A DNA stretch of 56,537 bases from positions 1-56,537 of the forward strand of contig CAZJVU010000007.1 of assembly GCA_964550035.1 (NCBI GenBank), in the 5' to 3' direction. How positions within the stretch are numbered: the stretch's first letter is position 1; each line of letters opens with the position of its first letter. The position numbers and the translations under genes were made by a program. Origin of the DNA: an uncultured Candidatus Saccharibacteria bacterium. Lineage in GTDB: Bacteria > Patescibacteriota > Saccharimonadia > Saccharimonadales > EFPC-124. This document shows, in pieces, positions 16,966 to 25,822 of the stretch. The notes beneath the pieces were generated by a model. That model made no database searches, was not told the origin of the DNA, and worked only from the letters and a program-made list of their open reading frames with translations.

Positions 16966-17214
16966 ATGGGCCGTCATGACAGTTCAGGCGGTAGATGGTA
17001 CCAGGGCAACTCGTCGGGTGCTCACAAGTCGCGACACGGCAGTGGTCGCGGCCAGCAGCGTGCTCGGGCGGACGAGTCCTCACAGTCGGGTCAATTTCCG
17101 ATCATCCGGGCGCAGTTCCGGCGCCAGGGCGCTCCGGAGGACAGCCAGCCAGCCGCTCAGCCCAGAACCCGCCGCGTGCGCAAGCGAGAGCGTCGCACGG
17201 GCGGTCAGAAGTAG
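16966..17214 (+). CDS. GC-rich, very basic, low-complexity 82-aa ORF
   Basis: ATG 7 nt after GGAGG. The sequence is Arg/Gly/Gln/Ser-rich. Two other frames are also open, so coding status is uncertain. Confidence 0.35.
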   Translation: MGRHDSSGGRWYQGNSSGAHKSRHGSGRGQQRARADESSQSGQFPIIRAQFRRQGAPEDSQPAAQPRTRRVRKRERRTGGQK

Positions 17215-17223
17215 CCGCTCACT

Positions 17224-17271
17224 CAGGTCTCCCACGCCACCAAGTCCATCGTGATTGGTGTGGGAGACCTG
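17224..17271 (+). terminator. Hairpin after the basic ORF
   Basis: CAGGTCTCCCAC..GTGGGAGACCTG outer stem with CCACCAA/TTGGTG inner pairing. Confidence 0.6.
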
Positions 17272-17310
17272 AAAGAATCACCAATAATCTCTTGCGTAGT
17301 GAGAAAATAC

Positions 17311-17338
17311 TTGCCAATAGCGCCACCATGACTATAAT
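17311..17338 (+). promoter_or_regulatory. Putative major-pilin promoter TTGCCA-16-TATAAT
   Basis: Hexamers read directly, about 50 nt upstream of the pilin ATG. Confidence 0.5.
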
Positions 17339-17386
17339 CATAAGCAGTATATCAGTAATCAACTCTGGTAAAAGAAAGGGTGAGGA

Positions 17387-17866
17387 ATGAATATTAGTAA
17401 CAAACCTAAAACACAGGGTTTCACGATCATCGAAGTCGTACTTGTGCTGGCCATCGCAGGTTTGATCTTCTTGATCGTGTTCTTGGCTTTGCCTGCATTG
17501 CAGCGATCACAGCGTGACACTCAACGAAAGCAAGACCTGTCTCGCTTCATGTCACAGTTGACGCAGTACCAAAGTAATCACCAGGGTCAAATCCCAAGTG
17601 ACGCAGTAGGTTCAACGACCAACTGGTCAGCATTTGTGAGCGCATACCTGACAAATGGTGGCGCAACCTTCGCTGACCCACAGCAGGGTAGCTACTCGCT
17701 TTCACGAGTCGCTAACGGTACGGCACCGAGCACAACTATTGGTACGCTTACCATCTATCAATCTGCCACATGTAACAGCGGTACACCTGCTGCATCAAGC
17801 AATTCAAGGGACGTAGCAGTCGCTATGGCGCTTGAGCAAGGTGGCTATCTCTGCCAGAACAACTAG
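17387..17866 (+). CDS. Major type IV pilin
   Basis: Class III signal MNISNKPKTQG|FTIIEVV with Glu at +5, and a C-terminal Cys pair. Confidence 0.85.
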   Translation: MNISNKPKTQGFTIIEVVLVLAIAGLIFLIVFLALPALQRSQRDTQRKQDLSRFMSQLTQYQSNHQGQIPSDAVGSTTNWSAFVSAYLTNGGATFADPQQGSYSLSRVANGTAPSTTIGTLTIYQSATCNSGTPAASSNSRDVAVAMALEQGGYLCQNN

Positions 17867-17946
17867 TTCACGGGTAGGGACGAGAAGCCGAGTGGCCTCC
17901 AATGCGGGGGCCACTTTTCTTTGTGCGATGTGATAGGATAAGGGTT

Positions 17947-18753
17947 ATGGTACTTATTCCGGTTTTTTTGGGGCTGATAGGCTCAGCCTTTGGCAGTTTT
18001 GTAGGAGCGCTGGTATGGCGGCTCCATGAACACAAAGATTTTGTGAGCGACCGTTCTGAGTGTGAGCATTGTCACCACAAGTTGGGCGTGTGGGATCTCA
18101 TACCGGTCTTCAGCTGGCTGGCACTCCGCGGCAAGTGTCGCTACTGCAAGAAGCCAATCGGCTGGACTGCACCAGCGCTTGAGCTGGGCGTTGCCGCATT
18201 GTTCGTGGGCTCATATTATGCATGGCCACTTGGTTTTGATACATGGCAGACGAGCTTGTCATTTGGGCTGTGGCTTGTTTATGTTGTTGGCCTTGTGGCG
18301 CTTTTGGTATATGACCTCAAGTGGATGCTGTTGCCGAATGTTTTGATTTTCCCACTCATCGGTGTGGCAATTGTGGAATCGGTCATCCGATATATGGCGG
18401 TCGGCGGAGGAAGCCCGTGGGATTACCTCAATACAACTATCTTCGGGATTATTGTGCTCGCCGGATTGTATTGGGCGCTCCATACCTTTAGCAAAGGCAA
18501 GTGGGTAGGGTATGGCGATGTGAAGTTGGGTCTGTTCATGGGGATCGCGCTCGGCTTCCAGCGGTCACTCCTTGCGCTGTTCCTGGCAAATGTTATTGGC
18601 TTCCTGGTTGTGTTGCCGGGTGTGCTGGCTGGCAAACTCAAGCGGACGAGTCGCGTGCCATTTGGGCCATTCCTTATCGTGGCATTCATGATTGCGTTTT
18701 TGTTTGGCCAGAAGATTATCGAGTGGTATTTGCACTTTATTTACCTGAACTAA
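17947..18753 (+). CDS. pilD: Prepilin peptidase (A24 family) PilD
   Basis: N-terminal CEHC..CRYC zinc motif, GYGDVKLG, and multiple TM segments. ATG 17947 chosen. Confidence 0.88.
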   Translation: MVLIPVFLGLIGSAFGSFVGALVWRLHEHKDFVSDRSECEHCHHKLGVWDLIPVFSWLALRGKCRYCKKPIGWTAPALELGVAALFVGSYYAWPLGFDTWQTSLSFGLWLVYVVGLVALLVYDLKWMLLPNVLIFPLIGVAIVESVIRYMAVGGGSPWDYLNTTIFGIIVLAGLYWALHTFSKGKWVGYGDVKLGLFMGIALGFQRSLLALFLANVIGFLVVLPGVLAGKLKRTSRVPFGPFLIVAFMIAFLFGQKIIEWYLHFIYLN

Positions 18754-18793
18754 GCCACCCTTTGGCATGACGCTTATGCTATAATGCTGACAA

Positions 18794-19555
18794 ATGGGTT
18801 ATAAGCGCAGCGAGGGTTACACCATCATTGAAGTCAGCCTGTTTTTGGGCATTAGTGCCCTTATGCTGGTAATGGCGCTTGTCGGGACGGGGCTGAGTAT
18901 TCGCACGACCCGTTTTACTGATAGCACTCGTTCGCTGCACAACTATATCCAGCAGCAATATGACGACCTACTCAATGGCGTCAATTCGCGGCTCGGCCAA
19001 GAAGCCTGCACGTCTGGCGCTATCGACACCAGCACGCCCCAGACACCCGGTACGAGTAATTGTCTCTTTATGGGTAAGCTCATCGTGTTTCAGCAGAACT
19101 CAAGCGACATCGTCACGTACAACATTGTCGGCACAGAACCCGCCAGCCCAGACTACAGCAAGTCTGACGAAGCACTTATCTACGACTTTACGCCCACCAT
19201 CGTACGCAGTGTCGGCGTCCAAACGTACAACATTCCGTGGCTCGCCACTATTTCTGGGAGCAAGCGGCCAATCGACAGCAAAGCGGTCGATGCATTTGCG
19301 CTTATCCGCAGCCCGCGTTCGACTCGCATCGTGAGTTATGTCTACAAAGAGCCTGGTGCGAGCTATGCATTAGCACCGCTCATCGATCCATCCGTACCAG
19401 CCAATGCCAACAACATCAGCAAACCAGCCAACTTCTGCCTCAGTAGCGCCGATGGTTTAAGCCGTCCGTCCAAGATAACAATATCGAGTGGGCAAGGGCA
19501 GGATGCGATTGGCGTTTCGTTTGATACGGTGACGGGGGATTGTAATGGCTCGTAG
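18794..19555 (+). CDS. Minor pilin / pseudopilin
   Basis: Prepilin-type N-terminus MGYKRSEG|YTIIEV. Confidence 0.7.
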   Translation: MGYKRSEGYTIIEVSLFLGISALMLVMALVGTGLSIRTTRFTDSTRSLHNYIQQQYDDLLNGVNSRLGQEACTSGAIDTSTPQTPGTSNCLFMGKLIVFQQNSSDIVTYNIVGTEPASPDYSKSDEALIYDFTPTIVRSVGVQTYNIPWLATISGSKRPIDSKAVDAFALIRSPRSTRIVSYVYKEPGASYALAPLIDPSVPANANNISKPANFCLSSADGLSRPSKITISSGQGQDAIGVSFDTVTGDCNGS

Positions 19556-20102
19556 TAATCAGCGCGGGGACACCCTCGTCGAGGTACTGATGGCTATCGT
19601 CGTGTTGAGCATGGTGATTGTAGGCGCGATCACGCTCATGTCGCGTGGCCTCAAGGCGTCTCAGCTTGCCGTCGAACGCACGCAGGTCCGGCTGCAGGTG
19701 AACGCACAGGAAGAAATGCTCCGCTACATACGTGATAGTTACATCAGCGACCCCAATAGCACCGCTGGACAGACATGGGCAAATCTCTTCACTGGTTCAC
19801 CCCTGTACGCCTCTACAACAGCAAGCAACTATGACGATGTCGCGTGTGGCGTTAGCTCTGGAAAGCCCGGCTTCTATCTGACACAAACCGGCGGCGTCGT
19901 GAGCGCTAACCAGTTTGATCCAAGCAACAAGCCCGTTACATACGCACTCCCTGGGCAGGGTCTCTGGATAGAAATGACTCGTTCGGTTGGTATCGCGCCG
20001 GCCTATGTAGATGTAATGTTCCGCGCTTGCTGGTCAGGTATTGGCGATACGGCCGATCAGCAATCCGTAACGGTAATTCGACTCTATGATCCAGCTCACT
20101 AA
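19545..20102 (+). CDS. Minor pilin / pseudopilin
   Basis: Prepilin-type N-terminus MARSNQRG|DTLVEV. Overlaps the upstream gene. Confidence 0.65.
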   Translation: MARSNQRGDTLVEVLMAIVVLSMVIVGAITLMSRGLKASQLAVERTQVRLQVNAQEEMLRYIRDSYISDPNSTAGQTWANLFTGSPLYASTTASNYDDVACGVSSGKPGFYLTQTGGVVSANQFDPSNKPVTYALPGQGLWIEMTRSVGIAPAYVDVMFRACWSGIGDTADQQSVTVIRLYDPAH

Positions 20103-20724
20103 CCCACACCACAACCAGGAGGAGTCAGGCTTTACACTTGTAGAGCTAACCTTGTCGACGGCGTTTATAGCCTTCATCTTGATCTTTATGCTAGCAACCA
20201 TCATACAGGTCATGAGCAACTACAATAAAGGTCTCGCCGTTAAGCAAATTAACCAGTCTGCTCGTACTGCTGTAGAAGAAATGAGCCGCTTGATCGCAGG
20301 AACGGACGCCAGCGTTATCAATACTGCATACCTTGCGAACGGACGCGTCTGCTTCGGCGGCGTCAGCTATGTCTGGAACGTTCAGGGCGCTTCAGCTAAC
20401 AAGTACACCAGCGGCTCGACATTCACAATGGTGCGCGTCAACGACACCGGTGGAGCATTATGCGCAGCTGGCCTACCGGCCGTCAATGCGGCGAATGCAA
20501 CTGAACTCCTCAGCACAAATATCTGGGTGCAACAAGTCGGCGTCGCGGTTAGTAGCAACCAAAAGCTCGTTGATATCACCATGAGTCTATCGACGGCATC
20601 GCCGAACCAACCAACAGGCACCGATGCTACACTTGGAACGATCTGTGACGGCAGTAAGGACAGTCAATACTGTGCGATTGCAACATTTAAGACGACTGTC
20701 GCGACAAAGAACGGGGGAGGGTAA
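20086..20724 (+). CDS. Minor pilin / pseudopilin
   Basis: Prepilin-type N-terminus ..EESG|FTLVEL. Confidence 0.7.
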   Translation: MIQLTNPHHNQEESGFTLVELTLSTAFIAFILIFMLATIIQVMSNYNKGLAVKQINQSARTAVEEMSRLIAGTDASVINTAYLANGRVCFGGVSYVWNVQGASANKYTSGSTFTMVRVNDTGGALCAAGLPAVNAANATELLSTNIWVQQVGVAVSSNQKLVDITMSLSTASPNQPTGTDATLGTICDGSKDSQYCAIATFKTTVATKNGGG

Positions 20725-20728
20725 ACCG

Positions 20729-21904
20729 ATGAGTCAATTTAAGTCAGACGAGCGCGGATTTGTATCGCTATTTACAGTGGTCTTCTTTATGCTGCTGATA
20801 ACTATTATTACGGTAGGATTCCTCCGTATCATGGCGGCGGAGCAGCGTCAGGCGCTGGATAACGACCTGACGGCGAGTGCAGAGGCCGCGGCCAAGTCGG
20901 GCATCGAGGATGCCAAACGAGCGATACTCAAGTACAACTCGCTCAGTAGCAGCGACCCCCTCAAGGCTCAGCTCCGCGCAGCATTGACCTCTTCGAACTG
21001 TGATGCGCTCTTTAGCAACGCCTCTATTCGTTCAGCGCTCAACCTGAACAATACGGGGAGCATTAACAGCCAGCCAGGACTAAATGAGTACTACACCTGC
21101 CTGAGTGTCAACCTGAATACGCCTGACTATATCGGCAAGGCGAGCGCTGGTCAGAGCGAATTTGTCCCGCTGATCCCTGAAGGTGGCAACAAATACGAAC
21201 AAATTATGGTTTCATGGCACCTCGCCAGCCAGACAGTTGGCAACGATGGCGATGGCCAGCCTTCTAACTATGCACCTGGCGTGCTGCTGCCACCTGTTAC
21301 GGGCGCAAGTAGCTGGAGCAGCCAAGGTTACCCGGCGTATCTGCGTGTCGAGCTCTATGGGTACCCGAATGGTAGCTTTGGCCGGGGCAGTATGGAGAAC
21401 TTGAGTAGAAGTGTATTCTTGGTTCCAAATTCATCGAGTAACGCTGCCGCCGTTGGTTCGGCAACGCCGATTACTATGCCGACTGTCGATCCGCGCGGCT
21501 TTGAACAGAGCAAGATCAACCTCGTAGGCGTGAAGTGCACAGGGACGCCGCCGACGCTAGCTACGGGTACATATGCTTGCTCGGCCCGCTTGGAGCTCGA
21601 CGGCGCTCAGCCCAGCACAAGCAATAACTACTATCTTCGTATAACGCCGCTGTACGGCTCAACGCATTTCAGGCTCCAGATGCTGAGCTCAAGCCCTCCA
21701 GATTCTGTCGTGAACTTTAGCGGTGTTGAGCCGGTCGTCGACTCGACGGGCCGCGCGAGCGATGTCTTCCGCCGCATTCAGAGTCGCATCCGCTTAGATA
21801 ATTTCTCGAACCTACCTGAGTACTCAGCTGAATCTGCCAACACGATCTGCAAGACGATGCAGGTGAGCGATGGTAGCTATTACCAAGGAAACGTCTGTCC
21901 GTAA
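20729..21904 (+). CDS. PilX-like minor pilin / tip-associated protein
   Basis: N-terminus ..DERG|FVSLFTVVFFMLL (no Glu at +5) and a large C-terminal domain. ATG 20729 follows GGGGGAGGG. Confidence 0.6.
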   Translation: MSQFKSDERGFVSLFTVVFFMLLITIITVGFLRIMAAEQRQALDNDLTASAEAAAKSGIEDAKRAILKYNSLSSSDPLKAQLRAALTSSNCDALFSNASIRSALNLNNTGSINSQPGLNEYYTCLSVNLNTPDYIGKASAGQSEFVPLIPEGGNKYEQIMVSWHLASQTVGNDGDGQPSNYAPGVLLPPVTGASSWSSQGYPAYLRVELYGYPNGSFGRGSMENLSRSVFLVPNSSSNAAAVGSATPITMPTVDPRGFEQSKINLVGVKCTGTPPTLATGTYACSARLELDGAQPSTSNNYYLRITPLYGSTHFRLQMLSSSPPDSVVNFSGVEPVVDSTGRASDVFRRIQSRIRLDNFSNLPEYSAESANTICKTMQVSDGSYYQGNVCP

Positions 21905-21961
21905 AACCGAACAGGTTCCTCAGGATGCTCGGCTATTGTTAGTTCAAGGCACCTCGGAGGC

Positions 21962-21988
21962 GCGATTTGTGTTATCCAAACACAAATC
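21962..21988. terminator. Perfect 10-bp hairpin between the convergent pilX-like and xer genes
   Basis: CGATTTGTGT-tatccaa-ACACAAATCG. Confidence 0.6.
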
Positions 21989-22041
21989 GTGACCCGTACG
22001 TGCCGAGAACAACAAAGCCGAAAAGTCCGTCCGCGAAAATG

Positions 22042-22971
22042 CTACGCAGCGTCTTCCGCAGACAGCTCTTTATGAAACCGCTCGTGCACTTCCTTGAGGT
22101 GAGGGTCAGTCACGTGCGTGTAGATCTGAGTTGTCGAAATATTACTGTGACCAAGCATGGTCTGAACGCTCCTGAGGTCCGCGCCGTTCATTAGTAGCCC
22201 CGTAGCGAACGAATGGCGCAGTGTGTGCGGCGAAACTTTCTTAGTAATGCCCGCCAGCGCCGCATAGTGGGCCACGATGCGTTGGATGCTGCGTGGCGTC
22301 AGACGACCGTAGTCGCCACTATTATCTATCTGTTCGGCCCCACCGTACCGGATAAAAAGCGGCCTGAGGCTATCGCTGCGCACAAGCAAGTACTCGGCGA
22401 TCAAGGCAGCAGCGTCCTCGCTAATAAACACCGGACGATCCTTCTGGCCCTTACCGCGGACCATAAACTCACGGCGCTTGAGGTTGACCGTATCACGGTT
22501 GAGCGCGACTAGCTCTGATACACGCAATCCGCTCGAGTAGAGGAGGCCGACAATGGCGCGATCGCGCAGGCCAATCTTGTTGTCCGAAGGGATAGTAGAG
22601 AAGAGCCGGCGGAGCTCGTCTTCGTTCAAGAAGCTTACCTGCTTGCGCGTCACGTGTGGCAGCTCGACCTTCTCAGGGGTGAGCGCTTCGATGCCTCGCT
22701 TCGAGCAGAACTTTAGAAAACTGCGTAGCGCAATAAGGTGGTAGGCTTGGGTAATCTTGGAGAGCCCTTCGCCGTTCTCATTCTGATATCGCGCTAGCCA
22801 GAGGCGCCATTTACGGATAAGCTCATTATTGACCTTTATGATGTCGATATCGCCGGCAAAATCAACCAAACGATTCAAATACAAATGATAGTTCTCGGAA
22901 GTTTTCTGCGAACGATTCTGTTCTACCTCGAGGTATTCCAGGAAATCGATAATGAGTTCCGAAATATACAT
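22042..22971 (-). CDS. Tyrosine recombinase XerC/XerD family
   Basis: SAM-like N-terminal domain. C-terminal RHSFATGLLMNGADLRSVQTMLGHSNISTTQIYTHV (R..HxxR..Y). Confidence 0.88.
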   Translation of the reverse strand: MYISELIIDFLEYLEVEQNRSQKTSENYHLYLNRLVDFAGDIDIIKVNNELIRKWRLWLARYQNENGEGLSKITQAYHLIALRSFLKFCSKRGIEALTPEKVELPHVTRKQVSFLNEDELRRLFSTIPSDNKIGLRDRAIVGLLYSSGLRVSELVALNRDTVNLKRREFMVRGKGQKDRPVFISEDAAALIAEYLLVRSDSLRPLFIRYGGAEQIDNSGDYGRLTPRSIQRIVAHYAALAGITKKVSPHTLRHSFATGLLMNGADLRSVQTMLGHSNISTTQIYTHVTDPHLKEVHERFHKELSAEDAA

Positions 22972-23040
22972 AGTGCTTATAGTATACCACCCAACGTCGC
23001 CCATAGCCCTCAAGGGGCGAATGGCTTACAATAAAATGTA

Positions 23041-23835
23041 ATGAACATTGTGGAATCTGTAGCTCTCGGTATTATCCAGGGCCTCACCGAATTTATACCT
23101 GTATCGAGTTCGGGGCACGAAGTGCTGGCGGAATATTTCTTTGGTGCGGGACATGATCATCTGTTTCTGGAGTTTATCAACATCGGTACCGTGCTGGCGC
23201 TGCTCATTTATTTCCGGGCAAAAATTGGTGACCTGCTAGAGGAAGTCATATTCCGGCACAACTGGCGACTGGCGCGGAACATTGTCATTTCGGCGGTCCC
23301 GGCGGGTCTTGTCGGGCTGACATTTGCTGATGTCATAGAGAAGAATAGCTTTTTCTCCAATCCATGGGTCGTGGCAATTATGATGTTTCTCGTGGGTGCG
23401 CTCATGATAGGCCTCGAGAAAATTCCACGCCTGGGCGATACGAAGGACGGTGAAGCATTGAGCAAGCGGCGCGCATTGGCTGTTGGCCTGGCGCAAACAG
23501 TCGCGCTCATTCCGGGCACATCGCGTTCGGGTTCGACAATTATCGCCGGTCGGCTCGTCGGCCTGAGTCCCGCGGCGGCTGCAGAATACAGTTTCTTGCT
23601 GTCGATACCGATCATGCTTGGCGTGATTGCGAAGCTCTTCCTCAAGAGCTCAGATCGCGCTTATTTCATGGCCAACATTCCGGCTATCGCCATTAGCAAC
23701 TTTTTTGCATTCGTAAGCGGCATGATCGCCATAGGATTTCTGATGCGATACCTCAGCAAGCACAACCTTTCTGTGTTCGGTTGGTACCGTGTCGTTGTCT
23801 CTGTAGTCGTGATAGCTGTACTTCTGTTACAATAG
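23041..23835 (+). CDS. uppP: Undecaprenyl-diphosphate phosphatase
   Basis: GLTEFIPVSSSGH and PGTSRSGSTI motifs. Polytopic membrane protein. Confidence 0.9.
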   Translation: MNIVESVALGIIQGLTEFIPVSSSGHEVLAEYFFGAGHDHLFLEFINIGTVLALLIYFRAKIGDLLEEVIFRHNWRLARNIVISAVPAGLVGLTFADVIEKNSFFSNPWVVAIMMFLVGALMIGLEKIPRLGDTKDGEALSKRRALAVGLAQTVALIPGTSRSGSTIIAGRLVGLSPAAAAEYSFLLSIPIMLGVIAKLFLKSSDRAYFMANIPAIAISNFFAFVSGMIAIGFLMRYLSKHNLSVFGWYRVVVSVVVIAVLLLQ

Positions 23836-23879
23836 GGTGAAAATTAGTGTAAGTAATTCAAGGAGATTGATAGTAGTTT

Positions 23880-24395
23880 ATGGAGCGAACGCTAGTTGTA
23901 CTGAAACCTGACACAATCCAGCGCGGTATTGTCGGTGAGATTGTTACTCGTTTTGAGCGCGCCGGCCTCAAGATTGTAGCCATGAAGATGGTAGCACCAG
24001 ATGAAGAACACTTTCACAAGCACTACGAAGGCATCAGTAAGCTAATCAGCCGATGGGGTGAAGAAATCTACCGCATCACATTGAGCCAGATGACCGAAGG
24101 CCCCGTCGTGGCCCTAGTGCTAGAGGGCGTTGAAGCAGTCGAGCATGTTCGCAAGATGGTTGGCAAGACTGACCCTAAAGAGTCTGCTCCAGGTACCATC
24201 CGCGGCGATTACACGCACATTACCCGCGCATACACTAATCCGCGTGGCGCAACGCTGCCAAACATCCTCCATGCATCTGGCGATGCCAGCGAAGCAGAGC
24301 AAGAAATCGCACTGTGGTTTGACTCAAACGAAGTGTACGAGTACGACGCCGCTCATCAGAAGGTCGTCATCGGCCGTGTCCCTGGCCAAGAATAG
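23880..24395 (+). CDS. ndk: Nucleoside-diphosphate kinase
   Basis: ERTLVVLKPD, TIRGDY, and NILHASD-like active-site His (NILHASGD). Confidence 0.88.
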   Translation: MERTLVVLKPDTIQRGIVGEIVTRFERAGLKIVAMKMVAPDEEHFHKHYEGISKLISRWGEEIYRITLSQMTEGPVVALVLEGVEAVEHVRKMVGKTDPKESAPGTIRGDYTHITRAYTNPRGATLPNILHASGDASEAEQEIALWFDSNEVYEYDAAHQKVVIGRVPGQE

Positions 24396-24428
24396 CTCTC
24401 ATGGCCGGCTCCTGTAGCCGGCCTTTAT

Positions 24429-24504
24429 GCCCCGGTAGCTCAACGGATAGAGCAAGCCCGTCCTAAGGGAGAGGTTGTAGGTTCGATTCCTACCCGGGGT
24501 ACCA
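24429..24504 (+). tRNA. tRNA-Arg (anticodon CCU)
   Basis: Cloverleaf by hand: acceptor GCCCCGG/CCGGGGU, D arm GCUC/GAGC, T arm GUAGG-UUCGAUU-CCUAC, loop GUCCUAA, CCA encoded. The anticodon stem has two purine-purine mismatches. Confidence 0.75.
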
Positions 24505-24601
24505 AATCTTGATAACAGATATGATTTAGTTCGAACTTTTAGACCGTTTTGCCGATCTATCCGTTAGATGGTTCTAACTTTTGCTTGTTAAGATAAAACA
24601 T

Positions 24602-25129
24602 ATGGCTTTAATATATATCACTGGCATGCCGAGTTCAGGTAAATCAACTATTCGCGAAAAGCTTCTGCAAAAAGGCTTTACTGCATATGGCGGAGCAGAA
24701 GATAAGCTAGCAGCGTTCTACAATAATCAAACTGACGATAGGGTTGAGTGGGTCAAAGCAGAAGATCGCACCCCCGAATGGAATCGACAGCATACTTGGA
24801 AAATCCCGAGAAAAACAATTGAAGAATTAAAGCACTTGAACAAGGATGACGTAGCTTTTTTATGTGCAGTTACAAGAAACGATAAAACCGAACTCTGGGA
24901 TCTATTCGATAGAGTAATAGCATTAACGATTGACGAAGAGACTCTTAAATATCGCTTGGCAACACGTGCTAATAACGATGTCGGTAAATCTGAACACGAG
25001 TTGAGGATTCTCATCGAACGACAAAAGACAGCCGAAGATGAATATCGGCAACTTGGAGCACATCTCATCGATGCGACGCAGCCGGTTGATAAAGTACTGC
25101 AAGATATTTTAGATATCGTACAAGACTAG
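24602..25129 (+). CDS. P-loop nucleotide/nucleoside kinase-like protein
   Basis: Walker A ITGMPSSGKSTI. About 175 aa. Low GC (37% in a hand-counted 60-nt sample). Confidence 0.6.
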   Translation: MALIYITGMPSSGKSTIREKLLQKGFTAYGGAEDKLAAFYNNQTDDRVEWVKAEDRTPEWNRQHTWKIPRKTIEELKHLNKDDVAFLCAVTRNDKTELWDLFDRVIALTIDEETLKYRLATRANNDVGKSEHELRILIERQKTAEDEYRQLGAHLIDATQPVDKVLQDILDIVQD

Positions 25130-25133
25130 CCCG

Positions 25134-25167
25134 GTTCTAATTTCATACATTACGCTGTACCATTTCT
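25134..25167 (+). repeat. 34-nt direct repeat, copy X
   Basis: GTTCTAATTTCATACATTACGCTGTACCATTTCT. 28 of 34 nt are identical to 25645-25678. Confidence 0.85.
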
Positions 25168-25214
25168 ATAATTATTTTTGAGCTACCTAAGCAAGATGAT
25201 TAAGTTATCGAGGC

Positions 25215-25547
25215 TTAGGCAACATTCCAGCCAAAATAAACTTCTGTCCGCGACACTTGATCGCCGTCAAAAGTTAGTACTTCAGTGTTCCTTCCCTTTT
25301 TGCCGTTTTGCGCAGACTCATAGGTAACGATAATCTCATTACCGGATTCGACCAGTCTTACAAACTCAAAGCTCTGTCCTTTTCCCGCCCCGGGCCAGCA
25401 GCGTTCAAAGAAGCCTTCTTTGTCCAAATGCGGATCAGGAGGCGACGAAAACGTAAAGTCCTTTGCTAAAATTTTCTCAACAAAATCACGGTCTCCAGAT
25501 GCGAATGCTTTGTAAAAGTTCTTTACTGATTGAATTCGGTCGCTCAC
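25215..25547 (-). CDS. NTF2/SnoaL-like small protein
   Basis: The fold is typical of SnoaL/DUF4440-like proteins (KNFYKAFASGDRDFVEKILAKDFTFSSP). GTG start 6 nt after GGAGG preferred over the upstream ATG. Confidence 0.6.
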   Translation of the reverse strand: MSDRIQSVKNFYKAFASGDRDFVEKILAKDFTFSSPPDPHLDKEGFFERCWPGAGKGQSFEFVRLVESGNEIIVTYESAQNGKKGRNTEVLTFDGDQVSRTEVYFGWNVA

Positions 25548-25644
25548 TCTATGCCTCCTATACCTTACTTCTTGCAGTAGTGGCATTTTGACAGAGTCTT
25601 CGCTTCGCTTGCAAGTATAAAAATCCTACCTAGTTCACTGACCA

Positions 25645-25678
25645 GTTCTAATCCTGTACAACACGCTGTACCATTTCT
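25645..25678 (+). repeat. 34-nt direct repeat, copy Y
   Basis: GTTCTAATCCTGTACAACACGCTGTACCATTTCT. Confidence 0.85.
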
Positions 25679-25822
25679 GCGTACACAATGATTTGACCTT
25701 TTGTTGAGTGGTTAGGTATTATTGGTCTACAATTTGGTTTGTTATGGATGGATGGTTGGGTTCTCGGAAAATGTACGAGTTTAATAAACTTGTGCATTTT
25801 TATTTGGAAGGAGAAAATACAC

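Noticed and set aside
16976-17390. ORFs 16976-17254 and 16995-17390 in the pilC-pilin spacer
   Set aside because: They have no RBS-start pairing and run through the terminator hairpin and the pilin promoter. They are alternative frames of the same GC-rich patch.
22042-22971. Mobile-element integrase
   Set aside because: This is a lone XerC/D-type recombinase with backbone composition and no flanking repeats or cargo. It most likely acts in chromosome dimer resolution. It lies about 19 kb from the GC-rich modules, so no link can be claimed.
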